From the human T2T-CHM13v2.0 reference genome, Homo sapiens: a DNA stretch of 64,000 nucleotides. Positions 1 through 13,300 of the stretch are shown here, piece by piece. Position numbers and translations under genes: made by a program. Position 1 is the first letter of the stretch. Every line of letters begins with the position of its first letter. The DNA lies in assembly GCF_009914755.1 (NCBI RefSeq), contig NC_060943.1; one strand, 5' to 3'. Under the pieces are notes generated by a model that was given only the letters and a program-made list of their open reading frames with translations, ran no database searches and was not told where the DNA came from.

Positions 1-312
1 TTATGCTAGACAGAAGAATTCTCAGTAACTTCCTTGTGTTGTGTGTATTCAACTCACAGAGTTGAACGATCCTTTACACAGAGCAGACTTGAAACACTCT
101 TTTTGTGGAATTTGCAAGTGGAGATTTCAGCCGCTTTGAGTTCAATGGTAGAATAGGAAATATCTTCCTATAGAAACTAGACAGAATGATTCTCATAACT
201 CCTTTGTGATGTGTGCGTTCAACTCACAGAGTTCAACCTTTCTTTTCATAGAGCAGTTGGGAAACACTCTGTTTGTAAAGTCTGCAAGTGGATATTCAGA
301 CTTCTTTGAGGC

Positions 313-329
313 CTTCGTTGGAAGCGGGA
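313..329 (+). other. CENP-B box, variant CTTCGTTGGAAGCGGGA (F-type dimers); first example
   Basis: Matches the 17-bp consensus YTTCGTTGGAARCGGGA with the TTCG-A-CGGG core intact. Confidence 0.95.
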
Positions 330-481
330 TTTCTTCATATTCTGCTAGACAGAAGAATTCTCAGTAACTGCCTTGTGTTGTGTGTATTCAACTCACAGAG
401 TTGAACGATCCTTTACACAGAGCAGACTTGAAACACTCTTTTTGTGGAATTTGCAAGTGGAGATTTCAGCCGCTTTGAGGT

Positions 482-498
482 CAATGGTAGAATAGGAA
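482..498 (+). other. A-box (degenerate pJ-alpha motif) CAATGGTAGAATAGGAA of the A-type monomer; recurs once per dimer
   Basis: Lies exactly 171 bp upstream of the CENP-B box at the homologous position. It resembles the pJ-alpha consensus CTAYGGTGRAAAAGGAA with about 3 mismatches. Protein binding is not demonstrable from sequence. Confidence 0.7.
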
Positions 499-652
499 AT
501 ATCTTCCTATAGAAACTAGACAGAATGATTCTCAGAAACTCCTTTGTGATGTGTGCGTTCAACTCACAGAGTTTAACCTTTCTTTTCATAGAGCAGTTAG
601 GAAACACTCTGTTTGTAAAGTCTGCAAGTGGATATTCAGACCTCCTTGAGGC

Positions 653-669
653 CTTCGTTGGAAACGGGA
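653..669 (+). other. CENP-B box, canonical CTTCGTTGGAAACGGGA (L-type dimers); a box recurs at this position once per dimer across the window
   Basis: Exact match to the canonical CENP-B box. Confidence 0.97.
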
Positions 670-1332
670 TTTCTTCATATTATGCTAGACAGAAGAATTC
701 TCAGTAACTTCCTTGTGTTGTGTGTATTCAACTCACAGAGTTGAACGATCCTTTACACAGAGCAGACTTGAAACACTCTTTTTGTGGAATTTGCAAGTGG
801 AGATTTCAGCCGCTTTGAGGTCAATGGTAGAATAGGAAATATCTTCCTATAGAAACTAGACAGAATGATTCTCAGAAACTCCTTTGTGATGTGTGCGTTC
901 AACTCACAGAGTTCAACCTTTCTTTTCATAGAGCAGTTGGGAAACACTCTGTTTGTAAAGTCTGCAAGTGGATATTCAGACTTCTTTGAGGCCTTCGTTG
1001 GAAGCGGGATTTCTTCATATTCTGCTAGACAGAAGAATTTTCAGTAACTGCCTTGTGTTGTGTGTATTCAACTCACAGAGTTGAACGATCCTTTACACAG
1101 AGCAGACTTGAAACACTCTTTTTGTGGAATTTGCAAGTGGAGATTTCAGCCGCTTTGAGGTCAATGGTAGAATAGGAAATATCTTCCTATAGAAACTAGA
1201 CAGAATGATTCTCAGAAACTCCTTTGTGATGTGTGCGTTCAACTCACAGAGTTTACCCTTTCTTTTCATAGAGCAGTTAGGAAACACTCTGTTTGTAAAG
1301 TCTGCAAGTGGATATTCAGACATCCTTGAGGC

Positions 1333-1349
1333 TTTCGTTGGAAACGGGA
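1333..1349 (+). other. CENP-B box, variant TTTCGTTGGAAACGGGA (I-type dimers); first example
   Basis: Matches YTTCGTTGGAARCGGGA with the core intact. Confidence 0.95.
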
Positions 1350-4300
1350 TTTCTTCATATTCTGCCAGAAAGAAGAATTCTCAGTAACTTCCTTGTGTTG
1401 TGTGTATTCAACTCACAGAGTTGAACGATCCTTTACACAGAGCAGACTTGAAACACTCTTTTTGTGGAATTTGCAAGTGGAGATTTCAGCCGCTTTGAGG
1501 TCAATGGTAGAATAGGAAATATCTTCCTATAGAAACTAGACAGAATGATTCTCAGAAACTCCTTTGTGATGTGTGCGTTTAACTCACAGAGTTTAACCTT
1601 TCTTTTCATAGAGCAGTTAGGAAACACTCTGTTTGTAAAGTCTGGAAGTGGATATTCAGACCTCCTTGAGGCCTTCGTTGGAAACGGGATTTCTTCATAT
1701 TATGCTAGACAGAAGAATTCTCAGTAACTTCCTTGTGTTGTGTGTATTCAACTCACAGAGTTGAACGATCCTTTACACAGAGCAGACTTGAAACACTCTT
1801 TTTGTGGAATTTGCAAGTGGAGATTTCAGCCGCTTTGAGGTCAATGGTAGAATAGGAAATATCTTCCTATAGAAACTAGACAGAATGATTCTCAGAAACT
1901 CCTTTGTGATGTGTGCGTTCAACTCACAGAGTTCAACCTTTCTTTTCATAGAGCAGTTTGGAAACACTCTGTTTGTAAAGTCTGCAAGTGGATATTCAGA
2001 CTTCTTTGAGGCCTTCGTTGGAAGCGGGATTTCTTCATATTCTGCTAGACAGAAGAATTCTCAGTAACTGCCTTGTGTTGTGTGTATTCAACTCACAGAG
2101 TTGAACGATCCTTTACACAGAGCAGACTTGAAACACTCTTTTTGTGGAATTTGCAAGTGGAGATTTCAGCCGCTTTGAGGTCAATGGTAGAATAGGAAAT
2201 TTCTTCCTATAGAAACTAGACAGAATGATTCTCAGAAACTCCTTTGTGATGTGTGCGTTCAACTCACAGAGTTTACCCTTTCTTTTCATAGAGCAGTTAG
2301 GAAACACTCTGTTTGTAAAGTCTGCAAGTGGATATTCAGACATCCTTGAGGCTTTCGTTGGAAACGGGATTTCTTCATATTCTGCCAGAAAGAAGAATTC
2401 TCAGTAACTTCCTTGTGTTGTGTGTATTCAACTCACAGAGTTGAACGATCCTTTACACAGAGCAGACTTGAAACACTCTTTTTGTGGAATTTGCAAGTGG
2501 AGATTTCAGCCGCTTTGAGGTCAATGGTAGAATAGGAAATATCTTCCTATAGAAACTAGACAGAATGATTCTCAGAAACTCCTTTGTGATGTGTGCGTTC
2601 AACTCACAGAGTTTAACCATTCTTTTCATAGAGCAGTTAGGAAACACTCTGTTTGTAAAGTCTGCAAGTGGATATTCAGACATCCTTGAGGCTTTCGTTG
2701 GAAACGGGATTTCTTCATATTCTGCTAGAAAGAAGAATTCTCAGTAACTTCCTTGTGTTGTGTGTATTCAACTCACAGAGTTGAACGATCCTTTACACAG
2801 AGCAGACTTGAAACACTCTTTTTGTGGAATTTGCAAGTGGAGATTTCAGCCGCTTTGAGGTCAATGGTAGAATAGGAAATATCTTCCTATAGAAACTAGA
2901 CAGAATGATTCTCAGAAACTCCTTTGTGATGTGTGCGTTCAACTCACAGAGTTTAACCTTTCTTTTCATAGAGCAGTTGGGAAACACTCTGTTTGTAAAG
3001 TCTGCAAGTGGATATTCAGACATCCTTGAGGCTTTCGTTGGAAACGGGATTTCTTCATATTCTGCTAGAAAGAAGAATTCTCAGTAACTTCCTTGTGTTG
3101 TGTGTATTCAACTCACAGAGTTGAACGATCCTTTACACAGAGCAGACTTGAAACACTCTTTTTGTGGAATTTGCAAGTGGAGATTTCAGCCGCTTTGAGG
3201 TCAATGGTAGAATAGGAAATATCTTCCTATAGAAACTAGACAGAATGATTCTCAGAAACTCCTTAGTGATGTGTGCGTTCAACTCACAGAGTTCAACCTT
3301 TCTTTTCATAGAGCAGTTGGGAAACACTCTGTTTGTAAAGTCTGCAAGTGGATATTCAGACTTCTTTGAGGCCTTCGTTGGAAGCGGGATTTCTTCATGT
3401 TCTGCTAGACAGAAGAATTCTCAGAAACTTCCTTGTGTTGTGTGTTTTCAACTCACAGAGTTGAACGATCCTTTACACAGAGCAGACTTGAAACACTCCT
3501 TTTGTGGAATTTGCAAGTGGAGATTTCAGCCGCTTTGAGGTCAATGGTAGAATAGGAAATATCTTCCTATAGAAAGTAGACAGAATGATTCTCAGAAACT
3601 CCTTTGTGATGTGTGCGTTCAACTCACAGAGTTCAACCTTTCTTTTCATAGAGCAGTTGGGAAACACTCTGTTTGTAAAGTCTGCAAGTGGATATTCAGA
3701 CTTCTTTGAGGCCTTCGTTGGAAGCGGGATTTCTTCATATTCTGCTAGACAGAAGAATTCTCAGTAACTGCCTTGTGTTGTGTGTATTCAACTCACAGAG
3801 TTGAACGATCCTTTACACAGAGCAGACTTGAAACACTCTTTTTGTGGAATTTGCAAGTGGAGATTTCAGCCGCTTTGAGTTCAATGGTAGAATAGGAAAT
3901 ATCTTCCTATAGAAACTAGACAGAATGATTCTCAGAAACTCCTTTGTGATGTGTGCGTTCAACTCACAGAGTTTACCCTTTCTTTTCATAGAGCAGTTAG
4001 GAAACACTCTGTTTGTAAAGTCTGCAAGTGGATATTCAGACATCCTTGAGGCTTTCGTTGGAAACGGGATTTCTTCATATTCTGCCAGAAAGAAGAATTC
4101 TCAGTAACTTCCTTGTGTTGTGTGTATTCAACTCACAGAGTTGAACGATCCTTTACACAGAGCAGACTTGAAACACTCTTTTTGTGGAATTTGCAAGTGG
4201 AGATTTCAGGCGCTTTGAGGTCAATGGTAGAATAGGAAATATCTTCCTATAGAAACTAGACAGAATGATTCTCAGAAACTCCTTTGTGATGTGTGCGTTC

Positions 4301-7300
4301 AACTCACAGAGTTTAACCATTCTTTTCATAGAGCAGTTAGGAAACACTCTGTTTGTAAAGTCTGCAAGTGGATATTCAGACATCCTTGAGGCTTTCGTTG
4401 GAAACGGGATTTCTTCATATTCTGCTAGAAAGAAGAATTCTCAGTAACTTCCTTGTGTTGTGTGTATTCAACTCACAGAGTTGAACGATCCTTTACACAG
4501 AGCAGACTTGAAACACTCTTTTTGTGGAATTTGCAAGTGGAGATTTCAGCCGCTTTGAGGTCAATGGTAGAATAGGAAATATCTTCCTATAGAAACTAGA
4601 CAGAATGATTCTCAGAAACTCCTTTGTGATGTGTGCGTTCAACTCACAGAGTTTAACCTTTCTTTTCATAGAGCAGTTGGGAAACACTCTGTTTGTAAAG
4701 TCTGCAAGTGGATATTCAGACATCCTTGAGGCTTTCGTTGGAAACGGGATTTCTTCATATTCTGCTAGAAAGAAGAATTCTCAGTAACTTCCTTGTGTTG
4801 TGTGTATTCAACTCACAGAGTTGAACGATCCTTTACACAGAGCAGACTTGAAACACTCTTTTTGTGGAATTTGCAAGTGGAGATTTCAGCCGCTTTGAGG
4901 TCAATGGTAGAATAGGAAATATCTTCCTATAGAAACTAGACAGAATGATTCTCAGAAACTCCTTTGTGATGTGTGCTTTCACCTCACAGAGTTCAACCTT
5001 TCTTTTCATAGAGCAGTTGGGAAACACTCTGTTTGTAAAGTCTGCAAGTGGATATTCAGACTTCTTTGAGGCCTTCGTTGGAAGCGGGATTTCTTCATAT
5101 TCTGCTAGACAGAAGAATTCTCAGTAACTGCCTTGTGTTGTGTGTATTCAACTCAGAGAGTTGAACGATCCTTTACACAGAGCAGACTTGAAACACTCTT
5201 TTTGTGGAATTTGCAAGTGGAGATTTCAGCCGCTTTGAGGTCAATGGTAGAATAGGAAATATCTTCCTATAGAAACTAGACAGAATGATTCTCAGAAACT
5301 CCTTTGTGATGTGTGCGTTCAACTCACAGAGTTCAACCTTTCTTTTCATAGAGCAGTTGGGAAACACTCTGTTTGTAAAGTCTGCAAGTGGATATTCAGA
5401 CTTCTTTGAGGCCTTCGTTGGAAGCGGGATTTCTTCATATTCTGCTAGACAGAAGAATTCTCAGTAACTGCCTTGTGTTGTGTTTATTCAACTCACAGAG
5501 TTGAACGATCCTTTACACAGAGCAGACTTGAAACACTCTTTTTGTGGAATTTGCAAGTGGAGATTTCAGCCGCTTTGAGGTCAATGGTAGAATAGGAAAT
5601 ATCTTCCTATAGAAACTAGACAGAATGATTCTCAGAAACTCCTTTGTGATGTGTGCGTTCAACTCACAGAGTTTAACCTTTCTTTTCATAGAGCAGTTAG
5701 GAAACACTCTGTTTGTAAAGTCTGCAAGTGGATATTCAGACATCCTTGAGGCTTTCGTTGGAAACGGGATTTCTTCATATTCTGCTAGAAAGAAGAATTC
5801 CCAGTAACTTCCTTGTGTTGTGTGTATTCCACTCACAGAGTTGAACGATCCTTTACACAGAGCAGACTTGAAACACTCTTTTTGTGGAATTTGCAAGTGG
5901 AGATTTCAGCCGCTTTGAGGTCAATGGTAGAATAGGAAATATCTTCCTATAGAAACTAGACAGAATGATTCTCAGAAACTCCTTTGTGATGTGTGCGTTC
6001 AACTCACACAGTTTAACCTTTCTTTTCATAGAGCAGTTAGGAAACACTCTGTTTGTAAAGTCTGCAAGTGGATATTCAGACCTCCTTGAGGCCTTCGTTG
6101 GAAACGGGATTTCTTCATATTATGCTAGACAGAAGAATTCTCAGGAACTTCCTTGTGTTGTGTGTATTCAACTCACAGAGTTGAACGATCCTTTACACAG
6201 AGCAGACTTGAAACACTCTTTTTGTGGAATTTGCAAGTGGAGATTTCAGCCGCTTTGAGTTCAATGGTAGAATAGGAAATATCTTCCTATAGAAAGTACA
6301 CAGAATGATTCTCAGAAACTGCTTTGTGATGTGTGCGTTCAACTCACAGAGTTCAACCTTTCTTTTCATAGAGCAGTTGGGAAACACTCTGTTTGTAAAG
6401 TCTGCAAGTGGATATTCAGACTTCTTTGAGGCCTTCGTTGGAAGCGGGATTTCTTCATATTCTGCTAGACAGAAGAATTCTCAGTAACTTCCTTGTGTTG
6501 TGTGTATTCAACTCACAGAGTTGAACGATCCTTTACACAGAGCAGACTTGAAACACTCTTTTTGTGGAATTTGCAAGTGGAGATTTCAGCCGCTTTGATG
6601 TCAATGGTAGAATAGGAAATATCTTCCTATAGAAACTAGACAGAATGATTCTCAGAAACTCCTTTGTGATGTGTGCGTTAAACTCACAGAGTTCAACCTT
6701 TCTTTTCATAGAGCAGTTGGGAAACACTCTGTTTGTAAAGTCTGCAAGTGGATATTCAGACTTCTTTGAGTCCTTCGTTGGAAGCGGGATTTCTTCATGT
6801 TCTGCTAGACAGAAGAATTCTCAGAAACTTCCTTGTGTTGTGTGTTTTCAACTCACAGAGTTGAACGATCCTTTACACAGAGCAGACTTGAAACACTCCT
6901 TTTGTGGAATTTGCAAGTGGAGATTTCAGCCGCTTTGAGGTCAATGGTAGAATAGGAAATATCTTCCTATAGAAAGTAGACAGAATGATTCTCAGAAACT
7001 CCTTTGTGATGTGTGCGTTCAACTCACAGAGTTTAACCTTTCTTTTCATAGAGCAGTTAGGAAACACTCTGTTTGTAAAGTCTGCAAGTGGATATTCAGA
7101 CCTCCTTGAGGCCTTCTTTGGAAACAGGATTTCTTCATATTCTGCTAGACAGAAGAATTCTCAGTAACTTCCTTGTGTTGTGTGTATTCAACTCACAGAG
7201 TTGAACGATCCTTTACACAGAGCAGACTTGAAACACTCTTTTTGTGGAATTTGCAAGTGGAGATTTCAGCCGCTTTGAGTTCAATGGTAGAATAGGAAAT

Positions 7301-10300
7301 ATCTTCCTATAGAAACTAGACAGAATGATTCTCATAACTCCTTTGTGATGTGTGCGTTCAACTCACAGAGTTCAACCTTTCTTTTCATAGAGCAGTTGGG
7401 AAACACTCTGTTTGTAAAGTCTGCAAGTGGATATTCAGACTTCTTTGAGGCCTTCGTTGGAAGCGGGATTTCTTCATATTCTGCTAGACAGAAGAATTCT
7501 CAGTAACTGCCTTGTGTTGTGTGTATTCAACTCACAGAGTTGAACGATCCTTTACACAGAGCAGACTTGAAACACTCTTTTTGTGGAATTTGCAAGTGGA
7601 GATTTCAGCCGCTTTGAGGTCAATGGTAGAATAGGAAATATCTTCCTATAGAAACTAGACAGAATGATTCTCAGAAACTCCTTTGTGATGTGTGCGTTCA
7701 ACTCACAGAGTTTAACCTTTCTTTTCATAGAGCAGTTAGGAAACACTCTGTTTGTAAAGTCTGCAAGTGGATATTCAGACCTCCTTGAGGCCTTCGTTGG
7801 AAACGGGATTTCTTCATATTATGCTAGACAGAAGAATTCTCAGTAACTTCCTTGTGTTGTGTGTATTCAACTCACAGAGTTGAACGATCCTTTACACAGA
7901 GCAGACTTGAAACACTCTTTTTGTGGAATTTGCAAGTGGAGATTTCAGCCGCTTTGAGGTCAATGGTAGAATAGGAAATATCTTCCTATAGAAACTAGAC
8001 AGAATGATTCTCAGAAACTCCTTTGTGATGTGTGCGTTCAACTCACAGAGTTCAACCTTTCTTTTCATAGAGCAGTTGGGAAACACTCTGTTTGTAAAGT
8101 CTGCAAGTGGATATTCAGACTTCTTTGAGGCCTTCGTTGGAAGCGGGATTTCTTCATATTCTGCTAGACAGAAGAATTCTCAGTAACTGCCTTGTGTTGT
8201 GTGTATTCAACTCACAGAGTTGAACGATCCTTTACACAGAGCAGACTTGAAACACTCTTTTTGTGGAATTTGCAAGTGGAGATTTCAGCCGCTTTGAGGT
8301 CAATGGTAGAATAGAAAATATCTTCCTATAGAAACTAGACAGAATGATTCTCAGAAACTCCTTTGTGATGTGTGCGTTCAACTCACAGAGTTTACCCTTT
8401 CTTTTCATAGAGCAGTTAGGAAACACTCTGTTTGTAAAGTCTGGAAGTGGATATTCAGACCTCCTTGAGGCCTTCGTTGGAAACGGGATTTCTTCATATT
8501 ATGCTAGACAGAAGAATTCTCAGTAACTTCCTTGTGTTGTGTGTATTCAACTCACAGAGTTGAACGATCCTTTACACAGAGCAGACTTGAAACACTCTTT
8601 TTGTGGAATTTGCAAGTGGAGATTTCAGCCGCTTTGAGGTCAATGGTAGAATAGGAAATATCTTCCTATAGAAACTAGACAGAATGATTCTCAGAAACTC
8701 CTTTGTGATGTGTGCGTTCAACTCACAGAGTTCAACCTTTCTTTTCATAGAGCAGTTTGGAAACACTCTGTTTGTAAAGTCTGCAAGTGGATATTCAGAC
8801 TTCTTTGAGGCCTTCGTTGGAAGCGGGATTTCTTCATATTCTGCTAGACAGAAGAATTCTCAGTAACTGCCTTGTGTTGTGTGTATTCAACTCACAGAGT
8901 TGAACGATCCTTTACACAGAGCAGACTTGAAACACTCTTTTTGTGGAATTTGCAAGTGGAGATTTCAGCCGCTTTGAGGTCAATGGTAGAATAGGAAATA
9001 TCTTCCTATAGAAACTAGACAGAATGATTCTCAGAAACTCCTTTGTGATGTGTGCGTTCAACTCACAGAGTTTACCCTTTCTTTTCATAGAGCAGTTAGG
9101 AAACACTCTGTTTGTAAAGTCTGCAAGTGGATATTCAGACATCCTTGAGGCTTTCGTTGGAAACGGGATTTCTTCATATTCTGCCAGAAAGAAGAATTCT
9201 CAGTAACTTCCTTGTGTTGTGTGTATTCAACTCACAGAGTTGAACGATCCTTTACACAGAGCAGACTTGAAACACTCTTTTTGTGGAATTTGCAAGTGGA
9301 GATTTCAGCCGCTTTGAGGTCAATGGTAGAATAGGAAATATCTTCCTATAGAAACTAGACAGAATGATTCTCAGAAACTCCTTTGTGATGTGTGCGTTCA
9401 ACTCACAGAGTTTAACCATTCTTTTCATAGAGCAGTTAGGAAACACTCTGTTTGTAAAGTCTGCAAGTGGATATTCAGACATCCTTGAGGCTTTCGTTGG
9501 AAACGGGATTTCTTCATATTCTGCTAGAAAGAAGAATTCTCAGTAACTTCCTTGTGTTGTGTGTATTCAACTCACAGAGTTGAACGATCCTTTACACAGA
9601 GCAGACTTGAAACACTCTTTTTGTGGAATTTGCAAGTGGAGATTTCAGCCGCTTTGAGGTCAATGGTAGAATAGGAAATATCTTCCTATAGAAACTAGAC
9701 AGAATGATTCTCAGAAACTCCTTTGTGATGTGTGCGTTCAACTCACAGAGTTTAACCTTTCTTTTCATAGAGCAGTTGGGAAACACTCTGTTTGTAAAGT
9801 CTGCAAGTGGATATTCAGACATCCTTGAGGCTTTCGTTGGAAACGGGATTTCTTCATATTCTGCTAGAAAGAAGAATTCTCAGTAACTTCCTTGTGTTGT
9901 GTGTATTCAACTCACAGAGTTGAACGATCCTTTACACAGAGCAGACTTGAAACACTCTTTTTGTGGAATTTGCAAGTGGAGATTTCAGCCGCTTTGAGGT
10001 CAATGGTAGAATAGGAAATATCTTCCTATAGAAACTAGACAGAATGATTCTCAGAAACTCCTTTGTGATGTGTGCGTTCAACTCACACAGTTTAACCTTT
10101 CTTTTCATAGAGCAGTTAGGAAACACTCTGTTTGTAAAGTCTGCAAGTGGATATTCAGACCTCCTTGAGGCCTTCGTTGGAAACGGGATTTCTTCATATT
10201 ATGCTAGACAGAAGAATTCTCAGTAACTTCCTTGTGTTGTGTGTATTCAACTCACAGAGTTGAACGATCCTTTACACAGAGCAGACTTGAAACACTCCTT

Positions 10301-13300
10301 TTGTGGAATTTGCAAGTGGAGATTTCAGCCGCTTTGAGGTCAATGGTAGAATAGGAAATATCTTCCTATAGAAAGTAGACAGAATGATTCTCAGAAACTC
10401 CTTTGTGATGTGTGCGTTCAACTCACAGAGTTTAACCTTTCTTTTCATAGAGCAGTTAGGAAACACTCTGTTTGTAAAGTCTGCAAGTGGATATTCAGAC
10501 CTCCTTGAGGCCTTCGTTGGAAACGGGATTTCTTCATATTATGCTAGACAGAAGAATTCTCAGTAACTTCCTTGTGTTGTGTGTATTCAACTCACAGAGT
10601 TGAACGATCCTTTACACAGAGCAGACTTGAAACACTCTTTTTGTGGAATTTGCAAGTGGAGATTTCAGCCGCTTTGAGGTCAATGGTAGAATAGGAAATA
10701 TCTTCCTATAGAAACTAGACAGAATGATTCTCATAACTCCTTTGTGATGTGTGCGTTCAACTCACAGAGTTCAACCTTTCTTTTCATAGAGCAGTTGGGA
10801 AACACTCTGTTTGTAAAGTCTGCAAGTGGATATTCAGACTTCTTTGAGGCCTTCGTTGGAAGCGGGATTTCTTCATATTCTGCTAGACAGAAGAATTCTC
10901 AGTAACTGCCTTGTGTTGTGTGTATTCAACTCACAGAGTTGAACGATCCTTTACACAGAGCAGACTTGAAACACTCTTTTTGTGGAATTTGCAAGTGGAG
11001 ATTTCAGCCGCTTTGAGGTCAATGGTAGAATAGGAAATATCTTCCTATAGAAACTAGACAGAATGATTCTCAGAAACTCCTTTGTGATGTGTGCGTTCAA
11101 CACACAGAGTTTAACCTTTCTTTTCATAGAGCAGTTAGGAAACACTCTGTTTGTAAAGTCTGCAAGTGGATATTCAGACCTCCTTGAGGCCTTCGTTGGA
11201 AACGGGATTTCTTCATATTATGCTAGACAGAAGAATTCTCAGTAACTTCCTTGTGTTGTGTGTATTCAACTCACAGAGTTGAACGATCCTTTACACAGAG
11301 CAGACTTGAAACACTCTTTTTGTGGAATTTGCAAGTGGAGATTTCAGCCGCTTTGAGGTCAATGGTAGAATAGGAAATATCTTCCTATAGAAACTAGACA
11401 GAATGATTCTCAGAAACTCCTTTGTGATGTGTGCGTTCAACTCACAGAGTTCAACCTTTCTTTTCATAGAGCAGTTGGGAAACACTCTGTTTGTAAAGTC
11501 TGCAAGTGGATATTCAGACTTCTTTGAGGCCTTCGTTGGAAGCGGGATTTCTTCATATTCTGCTAGACAGAAGAATTTTCAGTAACTGCCTTGTGTTGTG
11601 TGTATTCAACTCACAGAGTTGAACGATCCTTTACACAGAGCAGACTTGAAACACTCTTTTTGTGGAATTTGCAAGTGGAGATTTCAGCCGCTTTGAGGTC
11701 AATGGTAGAATAGGAAATATCTTCCTATAGAAACTAGACAGAATGATTCTCAGAAACTCCTTTGTGATGTGTGCGTTCAACTCACAGAGTTTACCCTTTC
11801 TTTTCATAGAGCAGTTAGGAAACACTCTGTTTGTAAAGTCTGCAAGTGGATATTCAGACATCCTTGAGGCTTTCGTTGGAAACGGGATTTCTTCATATTC
11901 TGCCAGAAAGAAGAATTCTCAGTAACTTCCTTGTGTTGTGTGTATTCAACTCACAGAGTTGAACGATCCTTTACACAGAGCAGACTTGAAACACTCTTTT
12001 TGTGGAATTTGCAAGTGGAGATTTCAGCCGCTTTGAGGTCAATGGTAGAATAGGAAATATCTTCCTATAGAAACTAGACAGAATGATTCTCAGAAACTCC
12101 TTTGTGATGTGTGCGTTTAACTCACAGAGTTTAACCTTTCTTTTCATAGAGCAGTTAGGAAACACTCTGTTTGTAAAGTCTGGAAGTGGATATTCAGACC
12201 TCCTTGAGGCCTTCGTTGGAAACGGGATTTCTTCATATTATGCTAGACAGAAGAATTCTCAGTAACTTCCTTGTGTTGTGTGTATTCAACTCACAGAGTT
12301 GAACGATCCTTTACACAGAGCAGACTTGAAACACTCTTTTTGTGGAATTTGCAAGTGGAGATTTCAGCCGCTTTGAGGTCAATGGTAGAATAGGAAATAT
12401 CTTCCTATAGAAACTAGACAGAATGATTCTCAGAAACTCCTTTGTGATGTGTGCGTTCAACTCACAGAGTTCAACCTTTCTTTTCATAGAGCAGTTTGGA
12501 AACACTCTGTTTGTAAAGTCTGCAAGTGGATATTCAGACTTCTTTGAGGCCTTCGTTGGAAGCGGGATTTCTTCATATTCTGCTAGACAGAAGAATTCTC
12601 AGTAACTGCCTTGTGTTGTGTGTATTCAACTCACAGAGTTGAACGATCCTTTACACAGAGCAGACTTGAAACACTCTTTTTGTGGAATTTGCAAGTGGAG
12701 ATTTCAGCCGCTTTGAGGTCAATGGTAGAATAGGAAATTTCTTCCTATAGAAACTAGACAGAATGATTCTCAGAAACTCCTTTGTGATGTGTGCGTTCAA
12801 CTCACAGAGTTTACCCTTTCTTTTCATAGAGCAGTTAGGAAACACTCTGTTTGTAAAGTCTGCAAGTGGATATTCAGACATCCTTGAGGCTTTCGTTGGA
12901 AACGGGATTTCTTCATATTCTGCCAGAAAGAAGAATTCTCAGTAACTTCCTTGTGTTGTGTGTATTCAACTCACAGAGTTGAACGATCCTTTACACAGAG
13001 CAGACTTGAAACACTCTTTTTGTGGAATTTGCAAGTGGAGATTTCAGCCGCTTTGAGGTCAATGGTAGAATAGGAAATATCTTCCTATAGAAACTAGACA
13101 GAATGATTCTCAGAAACTCCTTTGTGATGTGTGCGTTCAACTCACAGAGTTTAACCATTCTTTTCATAGAGCAGTTAGGAAACACTCTGTTTGTAAAGTC
13201 TGCAAGTGGATATTCAGACATCCTTGAGGCTTTCGTTGGAAACGGGATTTCTTCATATTCTGCTAGAAAGAAGAATTCTCAGTAACTTCCTTGTGTTGTG

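Larger units (their letters stand above)
355..694 (+). repeat. Representative 340-bp dimer unit (EcoRI to EcoRI): 171-bp A/J1-type monomer followed by 169-bp B/J2-type monomer
   Basis: GAATTC at 355-360 and 695-700; homologous internal motif ATTCTCAG at 357 and 528. Confidence 0.95.

Noticed and set aside
5513-5896. Longest ORF (127 aa, minus strand)
   Set aside because: It arises from point variants (CCCAG at about 5801, TTCCAC at about 5830) that remove stop codons in the repeat; there is no coding evidence.
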